A stretch of DNA of 63,841 bases, filler included, from Caldilineae bacterium (GTDB taxonomy: Bacteria; Chloroflexota; Anaerolineae; DTLA01), in NCBI GenBank assembly GCA_037446815.1. It is 4 parts of 4 records of this genome, joined end to end, with 100 filler letters (N's around TTAATTAATTAA, not from the genome) between each part and the next. Parts side by side here need not be neighbours in the genome. Positions count along the whole stretch, not along the records: positions 1 to 17,515 come from JBBIHX010000052.1; positions 17,616 to 34,780 come from JBBIHX010000053.1; 2 more parts are not named here. One strand, given 5' to 3'. A program made the translations under genes and the position numbers. This document shows, piece by piece, positions 8,033-18,150 of the stretch (its first letter is position 1; every line of letters begins with the position of its first letter). The notes below the pieces were generated by a model that saw nothing but the letters and a program-made list of their open reading frames with translations, searched no databases and was not told the DNA's origin.

Positions 8033-10015
8033 ATGTTTGATACACTGTTGGCGACACTGCGCAAGGAGATCTCGGGGGCCGCGGCCAGGAACTACGTGGG
8101 CGAGATCATTCGCTATCACCGCATCCAGGCCAGCCCGGGGTTTCGCGCGGCGGCGGAGTACGTGGCCGAGACGCTCCGCAGCGCGGGGCTAGAGACGCGC
8201 ATCCTGTCGTATCCCGCCGACGGGCAGACGACGTTCTGGTCCATGCGCACGTTCCACGAGTGGGATTGCCAGGCGGCCACGCTGTACCTGCTGGGCGAAG
8301 ACGGCCAGCCGACCGAGAAACTGGCCGACTATCGGGACGAGAAGGTGTCGGTCATCCAGCGCAGCGCGCCGGCGGACGGGGAGTTTGAGGTGGTTGCGCT
8401 GGAAGGCGGCGACGAGCGGGCGGACTACGAGGGGCTAGACCTGGAGGGCAAGGTGGTGCTCACCCAGGCCCCCATTGAGCGCGTCGTGGATTTGGCGATT
8501 CGGGAGCGCGGCGCGGCGGGGGTGCTGTTTGACGGGATGATGAAAGCGCCCCCTGTGCGCGAACGGATAGACCTGCCCGATGCCCGCCAATACACGTCGT
8601 TCTGGTCGCGTGGGGGCGAGCCGCTGACGGCCTTCGGCTTCGTCCTCACGCCGCGCCAGGGCGATGCGTTGCGGGAGCGGTGCAGGAAAGCCCGCGCTGA
8701 GGGCAAGCCCCCCGTGCGCGTGCGCGCAAAGGTGGAGTCGGCTCTGTACGTGGGGCAGATGGAGGTCGTGGAGGCGGTTATCCGCGGCGAAACGGCGGAA
8801 GAGGTCGTCCTGGTTGCCCACCTGTGCCACCCGCAGCCGTCGGCGAACGATAACGCGTCGGGCGCGGGCGCGCTGATGGAAGTGGCGCGGGCCCTGGCCG
8901 CGTGCGTGGCGAGCGGTCGGCTTCCCAAGCCCAGGCGCACGCTGCGATTCCTGTGGGTGCCGGAGATGTCGGGCACGTATGCGTACCTGGCGTCGCGCGA
9001 GCAGGATATTCCCCTCATGATCGCGGGGCTGAACCTGGACATGGTGGGCGAGGATCAGGACAAGTGCGGGAGTTCGCTCCTGGTGGAGTCGCCGCCCGCG
9101 TCCATGAGCAGTTTTGCCCCCGTGCTGGCGCGACACGTGCGCGATCTACTGCTGGGCGGCGCGAAAAGCCACGCGGGACAGGGCGAATTCCCGCTGTATC
9201 GCTACGCCGATACGCCTTTCTCCGGCGGGAGCGATCACTACATCCTGTCCGATCCGACGGTGGGCGTGCCCACGCCGATGATTATCCAGTGGCCCGACCG
9301 CTACTACCATACCAGCGAGGACACCCTGGACAAGGTCAGCCCGCAGATGATGGGGACGGTGGCGGCGCTCGCGGCGACCTATGGGTACTGGGTGGCCAAC
9401 GCCGGGCCGAAGGAGGCCGAATGGCTTGCCCACGAGATGACGGCTCGGTTCAAGGCGGAATTCCTGCGGCGCGCCCAGGCGGCGATGGCAGTAGGGAGCG
9501 GTAAGGGCAGCGCGGCGAAACTGCGGCGGGAAGTGGCATTTGCCACGGCGCGCCAGGCTGAGGCGCTGGCGACGGTGCGACGCCTGGCTGCGATTGACAT
9601 AACCGCATTCCAGGCCGAGTGCGCGGCCTTTGCCGATGGCGAAGTGGCGCGCGCGTTGGCGTTCCTGGGCGAGGAGGCGGGAGAGCTGCCCGCTCCGCCG
9701 TCGGGCGAGTGGGAGGAGAAGGCCGCCCGCATGGTTCCGGTGCGGCGGTTCCGAGGGCCATTGTCCGTCGGCAATCTGCTAACCAAGCCCGCCGACCGAG
9801 AGGCGTTTTACCGATTCCGAAAGGAGCACCCTCAATTCGGGTGGACCACGCCCGATCTGGCGGTGTACTGGGCCGACGGCGAGCGAACCGTGTCCGACAT
9901 CGCCGATTTGTTGGAAGCCGAGACCGGGCAACGACCAACGCAGGCGCTGGTTGAGTACTTTGAACTCCTCGCGCGGGTCGGCGGCGTGGAACTGCACCAG
10001 CGAGGAGCGGCATAG
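8033..10015 (+). CDS. DUF4910-like M28 family metallo-aminopeptidase
   Basis: AHLCHP, ANDNASG, WVPE, NLDMVG, GSDH, YHTSEDT; C-terminal winged-helix-like segment. Confidence 0.8.
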   Translation: MFDTLLATLRKEISGAAARNYVGEIIRYHRIQASPGFRAAAEYVAETLRSAGLETRILSYPADGQTTFWSMRTFHEWDCQAATLYLLGEDGQPTEKLADYRDEKVSVIQRSAPADGEFEVVALEGGDERADYEGLDLEGKVVLTQAPIERVVDLAIRERGAAGVLFDGMMKAPPVRERIDLPDARQYTSFWSRGGEPLTAFGFVLTPRQGDALRERCRKARAEGKPPVRVRAKVESALYVGQMEVVEAVIRGETAEEVVLVAHLCHPQPSANDNASGAGALMEVARALAACVASGRLPKPRRTLRFLWVPEMSGTYAYLASREQDIPLMIAGLNLDMVGEDQDKCGSSLLVESPPASMSSFAPVLARHVRDLLLGGAKSHAGQGEFPLYRYADTPFSGGSDHYILSDPTVGVPTPMIIQWPDRYYHTSEDTLDKVSPQMMGTVAALAATYGYWVANAGPKEAEWLAHEMTARFKAEFLRRAQAAMAVGSGKGSAAKLRREVAFATARQAEALATVRRLAAIDITAFQAECAAFADGEVARALAFLGEEAGELPAPPSGEWEEKAARMVPVRRFRGPLSVGNLLTKPADREAFYRFRKEHPQFGWTTPDLAVYWADGERTVSDIADLLEAETGQRPTQALVEYFELLARVGGVELHQRGAA

Positions 10016-10044
10016 AGGCACCGATTACCACGGGGAGGTGTTGC

Positions 10045-11826
10045 ATGAAGAAACTGTTGTCGGGCAATGAGGCCATCGCGCGCGGCGCGTGGGAGTATGG
10101 GGTGGCGGTGGCATCGGCCTATCCGGGAACGCCGAGCACCGAGATTCTGGAGGAGTTTGCGCGCTACCCCAACGTGTACGCGGAGTGGGCCACCAACGAG
10201 AAGGTGGCGCTGGATGTAGCCATCGGCGCGGCGTATGCGGGGCGGCGGGCCATGTCCACCATGAAGCACGTGGGGCTGAACGTGGCGGCGGATGCCTTTT
10301 TCTACGCATCCATGACGGGCATAGAGGGCGGGCTGGTCATCGTGTCCGCCGACGACCCGGCCATGCACAGTTCGCAGAACGAGCAGGATAACCGCAACTT
10401 CGGGAAGTTCGCCCGCGTGCCGGTGGTGGAGCCGGTGGACAGCCAGGAGGCGAAGGACCTGGTGGGGGCGGCGCTGGACATCAGCGAGCAGTTTGACACG
10501 CCGGTCCTGTTGCGCATTACCACGCGAATCGCCCATTCCAGCACGCCGGTGGAACTGGGCGAGCGCCGGGAAGGGCCACCCCCGCTGCCGACCTACCCGC
10601 GCAAGTTTGAGAAGTACGTCATGCTGCCGGTGAACGCCCGCAAGCGGCATCCCGTCATTGAGGAGCGCATTCGCAAACTCACGGAGTTCGCGGAGACGTT
10701 CCCGTTCAACCGCATTGAGTGGGGCGACCGGGACCTGGGCATCGTTACGTGCGGCGTGGCGTACCAGTACGCCAAGGAAATCTTCCCAACGGCGTCGGTG
10801 CTCAAGTTGGGGATGACCTATCCGATTCCGCCCAGGATGGTCCGGGAGTTCGTGGGAGGCGTGAAGCGGGCCATCGTGCTGGAGGAACTGGACCCGTTCG
10901 TGGAGAACGAGATCAAGTTGCTGGGCCTGTGGGTGGAAGGTAAGTCCATCTTCTCCGGCATCGGCGAAATGGATCCGCGCCTCGTGCGCGAGCAGGCCAT
11001 CGCTGCGGGCCTTCTGCCCGAGTCGGCGCGCAAGACCTACGTCGTGCCGGACGTGGGGAGCCTGCCCGGCCGGCCGCCGGTGCTGTGCCCGGGGTGCCCG
11101 CACCGCGGATTCTACGTCATCACGCGCAAACTGAAACTGCCCATCAACGGCGACATCGGCTGCTACACGCTGGGCGCGCTGCCCCCGCTGAACTCCACCG
11201 ACACGTGCGGGTGCATGGGAGCGAGCATCGGCGTGGCGCACGGGGCGGATAAGGCCGGCTCGCCGGAGCGCAACATCGCCGTGCTGGGCGATTCCACGTT
11301 CTTCCACACGGGCATGCCGGCGCTGCTGAACGTCGCCTACAACAAGGGCAAGACGATTACCGTGGTGCTGGACAACCGGGTAACAGCCATGACGGGCCAT
11401 CAGGACAACCCAGGCACGGGCCGCACGCTGCAGGGCCAGGAGACGAAGGAGATTGAGTTTGAGCCGCTGCTGCGGGCGCTGGGGATGGATCACGTGCATA
11501 CGGTGAACGCCTTCGACCTGCGCGAGGTGGAGCGGGCGCTGCGGGAGGCGGTGAAGCGAGACGAGGCGTCGGCGCTGGTGGTTCGGGGCGAGTGTGCGCT
11601 GCTGCCCGAGGCGCGCAAGAAGTACGTGCCGCTCCGTGTGGACGAGGAGCGGTGCAACGGATGCGGGCTGTGCTTCCGGGTCGGGTGCCCCGCCATCGTC
11701 AAGCGGCCGGACGGAAAGGCGTCCATTGACCCGCTGCTGTGCACGGGGTGCGAGGTGTGCGCCCAGGTGTGCGGACGAAAGGCGATTCTGTTCCGGGCGC
11801 AGGTTCTGGAGCAGTCGGAGGGTTGA
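10045..11826 (+). CDS. iorA: indolepyruvate:ferredoxin oxidoreductase alpha subunit
   Basis: GNEAIARGA, YPGTPSTE, LCPGCPHR, GDIGCY, GDSTFFH and two C-terminal 4Fe-4S motifs. Confidence 0.95.
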   Translation: MKKLLSGNEAIARGAWEYGVAVASAYPGTPSTEILEEFARYPNVYAEWATNEKVALDVAIGAAYAGRRAMSTMKHVGLNVAADAFFYASMTGIEGGLVIVSADDPAMHSSQNEQDNRNFGKFARVPVVEPVDSQEAKDLVGAALDISEQFDTPVLLRITTRIAHSSTPVELGERREGPPPLPTYPRKFEKYVMLPVNARKRHPVIEERIRKLTEFAETFPFNRIEWGDRDLGIVTCGVAYQYAKEIFPTASVLKLGMTYPIPPRMVREFVGGVKRAIVLEELDPFVENEIKLLGLWVEGKSIFSGIGEMDPRLVREQAIAAGLLPESARKTYVVPDVGSLPGRPPVLCPGCPHRGFYVITRKLKLPINGDIGCYTLGALPPLNSTDTCGCMGASIGVAHGADKAGSPERNIAVLGDSTFFHTGMPALLNVAYNKGKTITVVLDNRVTAMTGHQDNPGTGRTLQGQETKEIEFEPLLRALGMDHVHTVNAFDLREVERALREAVKRDEASALVVRGECALLPEARKKYVPLRVDEERCNGCGLCFRVGCPAIVKRPDGKASIDPLLCTGCEVCAQVCGRKAILFRAQVLEQSEG

Positions 11827-11989
11827 CCTCACTCTCTGAACCCCAACCTCACCCCCCTCAATCCCCGAAGCCGAGGCCGGGGTGAGGTGCGACGCCAGCG
11901 GAGATGGGGAGGCCGAAGGCGGGGTGTGGCGCGCGCAGGGGCGGGAAATCGCAGACAGTTGCAGGTGATCCGGTCAGGGAGGATGGATT

Positions 11990-12574
11990 ATGAAGAGCAT
12001 GGATTTCATCGTCGTCGGCGTGGGCGGGCAGGGAACGCTGCTCGCCAGCGACGTGATCGCGCAGGTTGGCCTCGGGGCAGGCCTGGAAGCCAAGAAGTCG
12101 GAGGTGCATGGCATGGCCCAGCGCGGCGGCAGCGTCATCAGCCACGTGCGTTGGGGCGAGAAGGTGTATTCTCCCCTCATCGGCAAGGGCGAGGCCGATT
12201 TCCTTCTGGCGTTTGAGAAACTAGAGGCGTTGCGCCACGTGGACTGGCTGAAGCCCGGCGGCGTGGCCCTGGTGAACGACCAGGCCATCCCGCCCGTGGC
12301 GGTGAGTTCGGGCGGGGCCGAGTATCCGTCCGACGAGCGGTTTCTGGCCGCGTTCAGGGCGGTTACGGACAGGCTGTACCTTATCCCCAGCCTTGCGGTC
12401 GCGCAAGAAGTGGGGAGCGCGCGCGTGAACAACGTGGTGATGCTCGGCGCGCTGTCGGCGCTGCTGGACGTGGACGAGGCGGTGTGGCGTGCGGCGATAG
12501 AAGAGCGCGTCCCGCCGAAGTACGTGGAGTTGAACCTGCGCGCGTTTGAGCGGGGGCGCGGGCTGGTGAAATAG
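11990..12574 (+). CDS. iorB: indolepyruvate oxidoreductase beta subunit
   Basis: GVGGQG, SEVHGMAQRGGSV; follows iorA. Confidence 0.95.
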   Translation: MKSMDFIVVGVGGQGTLLASDVIAQVGLGAGLEAKKSEVHGMAQRGGSVISHVRWGEKVYSPLIGKGEADFLLAFEKLEALRHVDWLKPGGVALVNDQAIPPVAVSSGGAEYPSDERFLAAFRAVTDRLYLIPSLAVAQEVGSARVNNVVMLGALSALLDVDEAVWRAAIEERVPPKYVELNLRAFERGRGLVK

Positions 12575-12654
12575 CCCCCTGCGGAGAGGATCGCGCCCGA
12601 AGGACACGCGACGTCCCATGCCGCGATGGGCCTTCGGGCGCTGTGCTTTGCCGT

Positions 12655-13008
12655 TCAGTCCTCGCGGACGGTGTACTCGCCCTCAACAACCTCGCCTTGG
12701 GGGGCGGGGCTTGTGTACTGGCCTCGGATGCGCGCCAGGTGCTCGGCGGCGATATCTCTCGGACACAGGGAGATGAAGGCCTGGATGCCCAGGGCCAGCA
12801 GCGTCAGGTCGTCCACCTGCCCTAGGACGGGTGTCAGGTCGGGCAGGAGATCCAGCGGCACGAAGAGATAGGCGAGCACCGCGGCGGGGATGACGATCTT
12901 GGGCCAGAGGGGTACGCGCGGGTCGCGGAACAGCCGCCACGCCAGCCGAAGCCGATTCCATAGGCTTGCCCAGAAGCCGATGGGATTCTTGGGTGCTTTG
13001 TCGGTCAT
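12655..13008 (-). CDS. YkvA/DUF1232 family membrane protein
   Basis: DPRVPLWPK...YLFVPLDLLPDLTPVLGQVDD; start MTDKAP after GAGGTG. Confidence 0.85.
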   Translation of the reverse strand: MTDKAPKNPIGFWASLWNRLRLAWRLFRDPRVPLWPKIVIPAAVLAYLFVPLDLLPDLTPVLGQVDDLTLLALGIQAFISLCPRDIAAEHLARIRGQYTSPAPQGEVVEGEYTVRED

Positions 13009-13149
13009 AGGGAACACCTCGCTGCGCACAGTATAGCCGCTTTCGGCGCGGGGCGCAATATCGGCGGCGTGGCGGGATGGGGAGAGAGCCTGCCACGCCT
13101 CACGCCGCATGGGCAGCACCATCCTCAGCACAGCGATTGGTCTCGGTGC

Positions 13150-13600
13150 ACGAGATTCTTCGGCGCTTTGCACTTCAGAATGGGCCCCCACGCACTTTGG
13201 CGCCGAATCCCAACGCCCCGCCCTGCAACCCCGCCCTCATCGCGGCGGCTTCAGCCCCGCGCGGCCCCACCCCCAGAACTGTCATTCCCTGAGCGGCGCG
13301 GCCGCGAAGAATCTTGCCCCTCACCCCAGCCCTCTCCCGGCGGGCGAGGGAGCGTGGCCCTCACCCCAGCCCNNNNNNNNNNNNNNNNNNNNNNNNNNNN
13401 NNNNNNNNNNNNNNNNNNNNNNNNNNNNNNNNNNNNNNNNNNNNNNNNNNNNNNNNNNNNNNNNNNNNNNNNGGCGGGCGAGGGCGCGTGGCCCTCACCC
13501 CAGCCCTCTCCCGGCGGGCGAGGGCGCATCGCCTTCGGCTTGGCATGACAGAGCAAGCGGCAGATCACCTGCCGACCAACACAAGTTGGAACCGCGTCCA
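13150..13600. repeat. REP-like mosaic spanning a 100-N gap (13373-13472)
   Basis: same repeat families as 6725-7190; tandem CCTCACCCCAGCCCTCTCCC units on both sides of the gap. Confidence 0.85.
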
Positions 13601-13683
13601 ACCGGCACGTGGCTTGGCCTGGGCGGCAGGGGCGGGTATAATAGGCCTACCCATTACGCCGAGAGGTAGGCGACAGAGCACGG

Positions 13684-15372
13684 ATGCGAAAACTGGCGGA
13701 ATGTTTACTGGACTACTCCGTGGTTCGCTTGCGGGCGCTGGCGGCGGCCCGCGGCATAGACCTGCCCACCAACAACCGCGTGCAGGCAGCCCACTTCCTG
13801 GCCGAACAGATGCTGCGCCCCGAGTCGGTGGCCGAGGCGCTGGAAATCCTTAGCCCGCAGGAGCGCGAGGCGCTGGAGACCGTCCAGGCGGCAGGGGGCA
13901 AGGTGCGCGCCGATCCCTTCATGCGCCGATTCGGCGAGATACGCCTCATGGGCGACGGCAAACTGATGCTGGAACAGCCATGGCTCTCGCCTGCGAGCAT
14001 CACCGAACGCCTGCGGTTCCTGGGGTTCCTGTTCAAGGCGTTCGCCGACTATGCGGATGAGCGGGTGGCGTTCCTGTTCATTCCGACGGACGTGTTGCCG
14101 CTGCTGCCCCCGCCGCGCGCGCAGGCGGGCCTGCCGTTCACGCCGCGCCCGGCGCCCGCCCAAGTCTGGCAGGCGCGGGATACGGCGTCATTGGACTTGT
14201 GCACGTTTCTCGCCTACTTGCAGAACCAGCAGCCGAGGTACGCGCGCGGGCGTGGGGTGTCGCCCCAGGACGAATCGGCGTGGCGGCGGCGCTGGGCGTG
14301 GAAGCCGATGTCGCCCCCGCCGTTCGCGGGGCATGTCTCCTTGCGCTCGCAGTGGCTGCTGCGCGTCGCGGGGCGGCTCAAACTGGTGCGCAAGGTGGGG
14401 GAGCGCGTGAAACCGGCATCGGACGCGGCGCGCGCGTGGCTGAGCGCCCCCACGGCGACGCGGCAGGGCCAGATGTACCGCGCGTGGGTTGGCGACGACG
14501 GCTGGGACGAACTGCGGCGGATTCCCGAAATCCGCTGCGAGGGGAGCGGGTGGAGCCACGATCCCGTGCGCACCCGCCAGCGGCTTCTGGACTTGCTGAA
14601 AGCGTGCGAGGCGGGCGCGTGGTACTCGCTCCCGCAAGTGGCGCGCACCATTCGCGACTACGCGCCCGATTTCCAGCGCACCGGCGGCGACTACGAGACG
14701 TGGTATATCCGCGACGTGAAGACAGGCCAGTATCTCACGGGGTTTGAGCATTGGGATGATGTGGAGGGCCGACTGATTGCGCAGGTTGTGGCGGGGCCGC
14801 TGCACTACCTGGGGGCCGCCGATTTGGGCTGGGATGTGGAGGGCGCCGAGTTGTGCTTTGCCCTGACCGAATGGGGCTGGGCATGGCTGCACGGCAGCGA
14901 GACCGAGCCCAGCGCGACCGGCTCGCCCCTTCGCGTGGGGGATGACGGGCGAGTGCATTGGCCCGCCGACGGCAATCTGCTGCACCGCTTCCAGTTGGAG
15001 CGATTCGCCACGTGGGAGAGTGACAACGGCGGCACGGTCTATCGCATCACGCCCGCGTCGGTGGCGCGCATCCTGAGCCAGGGCGTGGACGCGGAGGCCG
15101 TGGCGCGCTTTCTCTCGCAGGCGAGTGAGGGGCAGGCTCCCGACAGCGTGTTGGCGCGCATTCGCGAGTGGGCGGCCCGCCGCGGACGGGCACGCTTGAC
15201 CCGCGCCGTCCTGCTGGAGGCCGACTCGCCCGAAGTGTTGGCGGCGATTCGCGCCGACGTGGAGATCGGGCCGCTCCTGGGCGAGGCGGTCGGCCCCACA
15301 TGCGTGCGCGTGCCCGAGGCTCACTGGCGACGGGTTGAGGCGCTTCTGCGGGGCAAGGGGTTCATCGCCTAG
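13684..15372 (+). CDS. helicase-associated domain protein (XPB/Ssl2-associated Helicase_C_3-like)
   Basis: C-terminal LERFA...YRITPASVARILSQG...FLSQAS...PDSVLARIREW pattern; no Walker motifs seen. Confidence 0.7.
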   Translation: MRKLAECLLDYSVVRLRALAAARGIDLPTNNRVQAAHFLAEQMLRPESVAEALEILSPQEREALETVQAAGGKVRADPFMRRFGEIRLMGDGKLMLEQPWLSPASITERLRFLGFLFKAFADYADERVAFLFIPTDVLPLLPPPRAQAGLPFTPRPAPAQVWQARDTASLDLCTFLAYLQNQQPRYARGRGVSPQDESAWRRRWAWKPMSPPPFAGHVSLRSQWLLRVAGRLKLVRKVGERVKPASDAARAWLSAPTATRQGQMYRAWVGDDGWDELRRIPEIRCEGSGWSHDPVRTRQRLLDLLKACEAGAWYSLPQVARTIRDYAPDFQRTGGDYETWYIRDVKTGQYLTGFEHWDDVEGRLIAQVVAGPLHYLGAADLGWDVEGAELCFALTEWGWAWLHGSETEPSATGSPLRVGDDGRVHWPADGNLLHRFQLERFATWESDNGGTVYRITPASVARILSQGVDAEAVARFLSQASEGQAPDSVLARIREWAARRGRARLTRAVLLEADSPEVLAAIRADVEIGPLLGEAVGPTCVRVPEAHWRRVEALLRGKGFIA

Positions 15373-15393
15373 CCCTGCCCCGCCCGACGCCTG

Positions 15394-17214
15394 CTATCCC
15401 CCCATGGCGTTGGGCATATAAAGGGCAAGCGAAAGGAGGGCGTCCGTGGCCGCGAAGATGGCGAAGGCGAACATGACCACTTTGCGCTCCGATCGGCGGA
15501 TGTAAGCCCGCATGGCGAGCAGGCCCAGGCCAAGCAGCAGCGCCGGAAAGCCCAGGAGCACCACCCATTCGTACCGAGGCGGCACGATGTCCAGAAACGG
15601 TGCGTACCACAGGAACGCCGGCAGCATGAACAATTTGGAGAACAGATAGAGCGCGATGGCCACAGCGAGGCCCACGCAGCCGGTGCGGGTGGTCAGGTCG
15701 GCGTCGGGGCGCGCCAGGTAGAAGACCACCAGCCAGGCGAAGGGCAAGAATAGCCAGATTACGAGCATCGGGAAGAAGGACAGGGCCGAGGCGGTGGTCC
15801 AGGTGCGGCCCAGGAGGAGGCCGAGCAAATCCTGTGTCGTGAGCCGATTCAGCGCCGAGCGGATTTCTGGCGCGGTGCTGGCGTAGAGCACCTCGTAGGT
15901 TCCAAAGCCCCCCACGCCAAGGCAGGCCAAGTGGAACGCCCCTGTGTCATCCACGGCAGCAGATGGTCGCATAGACCCCGACAGTGTCCGCACGGCGACT
16001 TCGTACCCCTTGACGCGGCCATCGTCCAGCGCAACGAAGGCGATTTGGATCTTCCCTGCCCGCCTAGGCATCGCCATATTGGTGGCGAGGAACAGTCCTG
16101 CTTCATCGCGTTGGCCCGGCACGGCGAACTGCATGTACACGTAGTCGGACGGGTTGCGCAGCACGACCGCATCACCGTCGCGCGATGCGAGGGGGTACAG
16201 GTGCGCGTAGTTGAAGGCGCCCGTCGCGGACTGATACTCCGGCTTGGCCAGGGCAGGCACGTAGATAGGCCCGCCGCTGCGGCGTTCGGGCTGGCCGATG
16301 GGGAAGGCTTGATATTGCGTCTCGGCGGTGCCTGGAGTCAGGCCGCCCCCGCGCTGCTCCAGCGACCAGATGACATACACCCAGCCGGATTCCAGCGCGA
16401 TCTCCGGCGGATGGAGCGCCTGGCCCGTGCCTACCGGGAACGACGCCATGACGGTGGGTTCGCTCACGCGAAGGGTGGCGGGGTCAAGGGTGGCGTAGAG
16501 AATCTTCTCCGCGCCCATGACCTGGCTGGCGTGCCACGTCAGGTGTACCACGCCCTCGCCATCCACGGCGGCGTAGGGATCGGCGCCCGCGATTCCCAGC
16601 GCGTGCGGGGCCACGATGACCTCGCCGGAGTCGGCCAGGCGGGCATGGAACAACTGCGCACTGCCTCCCGAGACGTCCGCCCAAAGCACGTCCAGCGCGC
16701 CATCCACGGCGCTAAAGGTGCAGTAGCCGGCTACGTCGCTGCCGTCGCCGGAAATGCGAACTGGGTTGGCCACGGGAGTGCCGTCGGTGGCGGCGCGAGT
16801 GTGGTATAGGCCAGGCCGCTGATCGCTCGGCGTCTCCAGCCACAGCAGGTGGAGCATACCCTGCTCGGTCAGGACCATCTGCGGACGGGTGGGGGCCCGC
16901 ATGGCGAAGGGCAGGGTAGTGGTGGTGATGTTAAGCTGCGAAGTGACGCGCGCGATCTGGAGACGCCAGCCGTGCTCGGTATTCGCAAGCCAGGCGATGA
17001 GGGCGGTGCCATCGGCGGCGTTCCAGACGATGCTGGGGCGATTGTTGATGTGCGACTTGCCGACGAGGATGCCGCGGCTCCAGTCGGGGCCGGCGAATTC
17101 GCTCTTCTCGGTGGGAGCCGCGCAGCCGCTCAAGAGCACGGCCACGGCGAGCAGCGCCAGCGCTACGGTCCAGGCACGCATGCCGCTGAATGGGAATCGG
17201 GTTACGGATCTCAT
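15394..17214 (-). CDS. hypothetical membrane protein (lipoprotein-like signal, beta-rich extracellular region, C-terminal TM helices)
   Basis: LLSGC lipobox-like motif; several hydrophobic C-terminal segments; GAGGT RBS. Confidence 0.7.
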   Translation of the reverse strand: MRSVTRFPFSGMRAWTVALALLAVAVLLSGCAAPTEKSEFAGPDWSRGILVGKSHINNRPSIVWNAADGTALIAWLANTEHGWRLQIARVTSQLNITTTTLPFAMRAPTRPQMVLTEQGMLHLLWLETPSDQRPGLYHTRAATDGTPVANPVRISGDGSDVAGYCTFSAVDGALDVLWADVSGGSAQLFHARLADSGEVIVAPHALGIAGADPYAAVDGEGVVHLTWHASQVMGAEKILYATLDPATLRVSEPTVMASFPVGTGQALHPPEIALESGWVYVIWSLEQRGGGLTPGTAETQYQAFPIGQPERRSGGPIYVPALAKPEYQSATGAFNYAHLYPLASRDGDAVVLRNPSDYVYMQFAVPGQRDEAGLFLATNMAMPRRAGKIQIAFVALDDGRVKGYEVAVRTLSGSMRPSAAVDDTGAFHLACLGVGGFGTYEVLYASTAPEIRSALNRLTTQDLLGLLLGRTWTTASALSFFPMLVIWLFLPFAWLVVFYLARPDADLTTRTGCVGLAVAIALYLFSKLFMLPAFLWYAPFLDIVPPRYEWVVLLGFPALLLGLGLLAMRAYIRRSERKVVMFAFAIFAATDALLSLALYMPNAMGG

Positions 17215-17315
17215 GTCTTACCTCTGAACAGAATGACGGCGTCCCACACGATGGCGGGCGCACGCGAGAATATACCACCGCGGGCGCTGGCAGGCAACTC
17301 GGCGCGTGCCACGAG

Positions 17316-17459
17316 TCGGTTCCAAACTGTGTTGGTGAAACGCAGACACACTCTCCTCGCGTGTCATTGCGAGCGAAGCGAAGCAATCGCACGCCCCGGG
17401 GATTGCTTCGGGCGCTCCGCGCCCTCGCAATGACAGCCACCAACAGACTCTGGAACCGA
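17316..17459. mobile_element. 144-bp MITE-like element, copy 1
   Basis: imperfect ~20-bp TIRs TCGGTTCCAAACTGTGTTGGT / ACCAACAGACTCTGGAACCGA enclosing a GTCATTGCGAG...CTCGCAATGAC hairpin. Confidence 0.7.
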
Positions 17460-17515
17460 ATCCGTGCGACAGGTCGGTCTCGCGTTGGCCCACGCGCTGC
17501 TCATGTGTCGCCGCG

Positions 17516-17615
17516 NNNNNNNNNNNNNNNNNNNNNNNNNNNNNNNNNNNNNNNNNNNNTTAATTAATTAANNNNNNNNNNNNNNNNNNNNNNNNNNNNN
17601 NNNNNNNNNNNNNNN
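17516..17615. other. artificial contig junction
   Basis: N44-TTAATTAATTAA-N44. Confidence 0.97.
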
Positions 17616-17616
17616 C

Positions 17617-17811
17617 ACTACGAATCTGGTCGTTCGCGTCGTTGCGCTCTACCAACAGCGCCCCGAAACTCCCCTGGCACAACTGGCGCGCGACCTGGGA
17701 GTTTCTCCATCCACCGCCTCCCGCGCCAGAATCCAGGCAATGCAACAGGGAATGCTCGTGAAAGTTTCCCGTAGCCGCTACACCCCAAACGGCCACCACA
17801 ATTCCGAGTGA
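17617..17811 (+). CDS. 5'-truncated CDS ending in an HTH/winged-helix domain (cargo of integrated element)
   Basis: open frame from contig edge: ...PLAQLARDLGVSPSTASRARIQAMQQGMLVKVSRSRY...; absent from ORF track. Confidence 0.7.
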   Translation, partial: TTNLVVRVVALYQQRPETPLAQLARDLGVSPSTASRARIQAMQQGMLVKVSRSRYTPNGHHNSE

Positions 17812-17826
17812 GAAAGGAGAACAACC

Positions 17827-18051
17827 ATGGAGTTCGGCCTCATACCCCCAATGTTCGGAATGGGAATTGCGAACAGCTTGGCGGAAACACTCAAGAGCCA
17901 GCACGAGGCAACCGGCCAGGCCCTGGATCTGCTGCACCAGCCACTTCTCCAGGAGGCGATGCTGCCACCCCAGCCGGCCGAGGAGCCACAGAAGCCCTGC
18001 GCCAGCAAGGTCCCCGGTCCGCCTGGCACCATCAAAGACCACGGGGCCTAG
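17827..18051 (+). CDS. hypothetical 74-aa protein in integrated element
   Basis: strong RBS AAAGGAG; directly follows the HTH CDS. Confidence 0.6.
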   Translation: MEFGLIPPMFGMGIANSLAETLKSQHEATGQALDLLHQPLLQEAMLPPQPAEEPQKPCASKVPGPPGTIKDHGA

Positions 18052-18102
18052 CCGCTGGACACACATGCGGCTCAGGACGATTCGGGCTCCGGGCACAGGT
18101 TC

Positions 18103-18150
18103 TTGACTTTTGACACGACTTTGTGCTACAATGCACTTGAACAAACGTTC
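18103..18150 (+). promoter_or_regulatory. promoter with Gram-positive/Chloroflexi-type LexA (SOS) box
   Basis: TTGACT...TG-C-TACAAT (18124-18132) followed by GAAC-AAAC-GTTC (18139-18150). Confidence 0.65.

Noticed and set aside
17516..17615. TTAATTAATTAA within N-runs (also 34825 and 52035) as a biological motif, and gene neighbourhoods across them
   Set aside because: All-frame-stop concatenation linker; the two complete pieces are of similar, slightly decreasing length (~17.2 and ~17.1 kb), as expected for size-sorted contigs.
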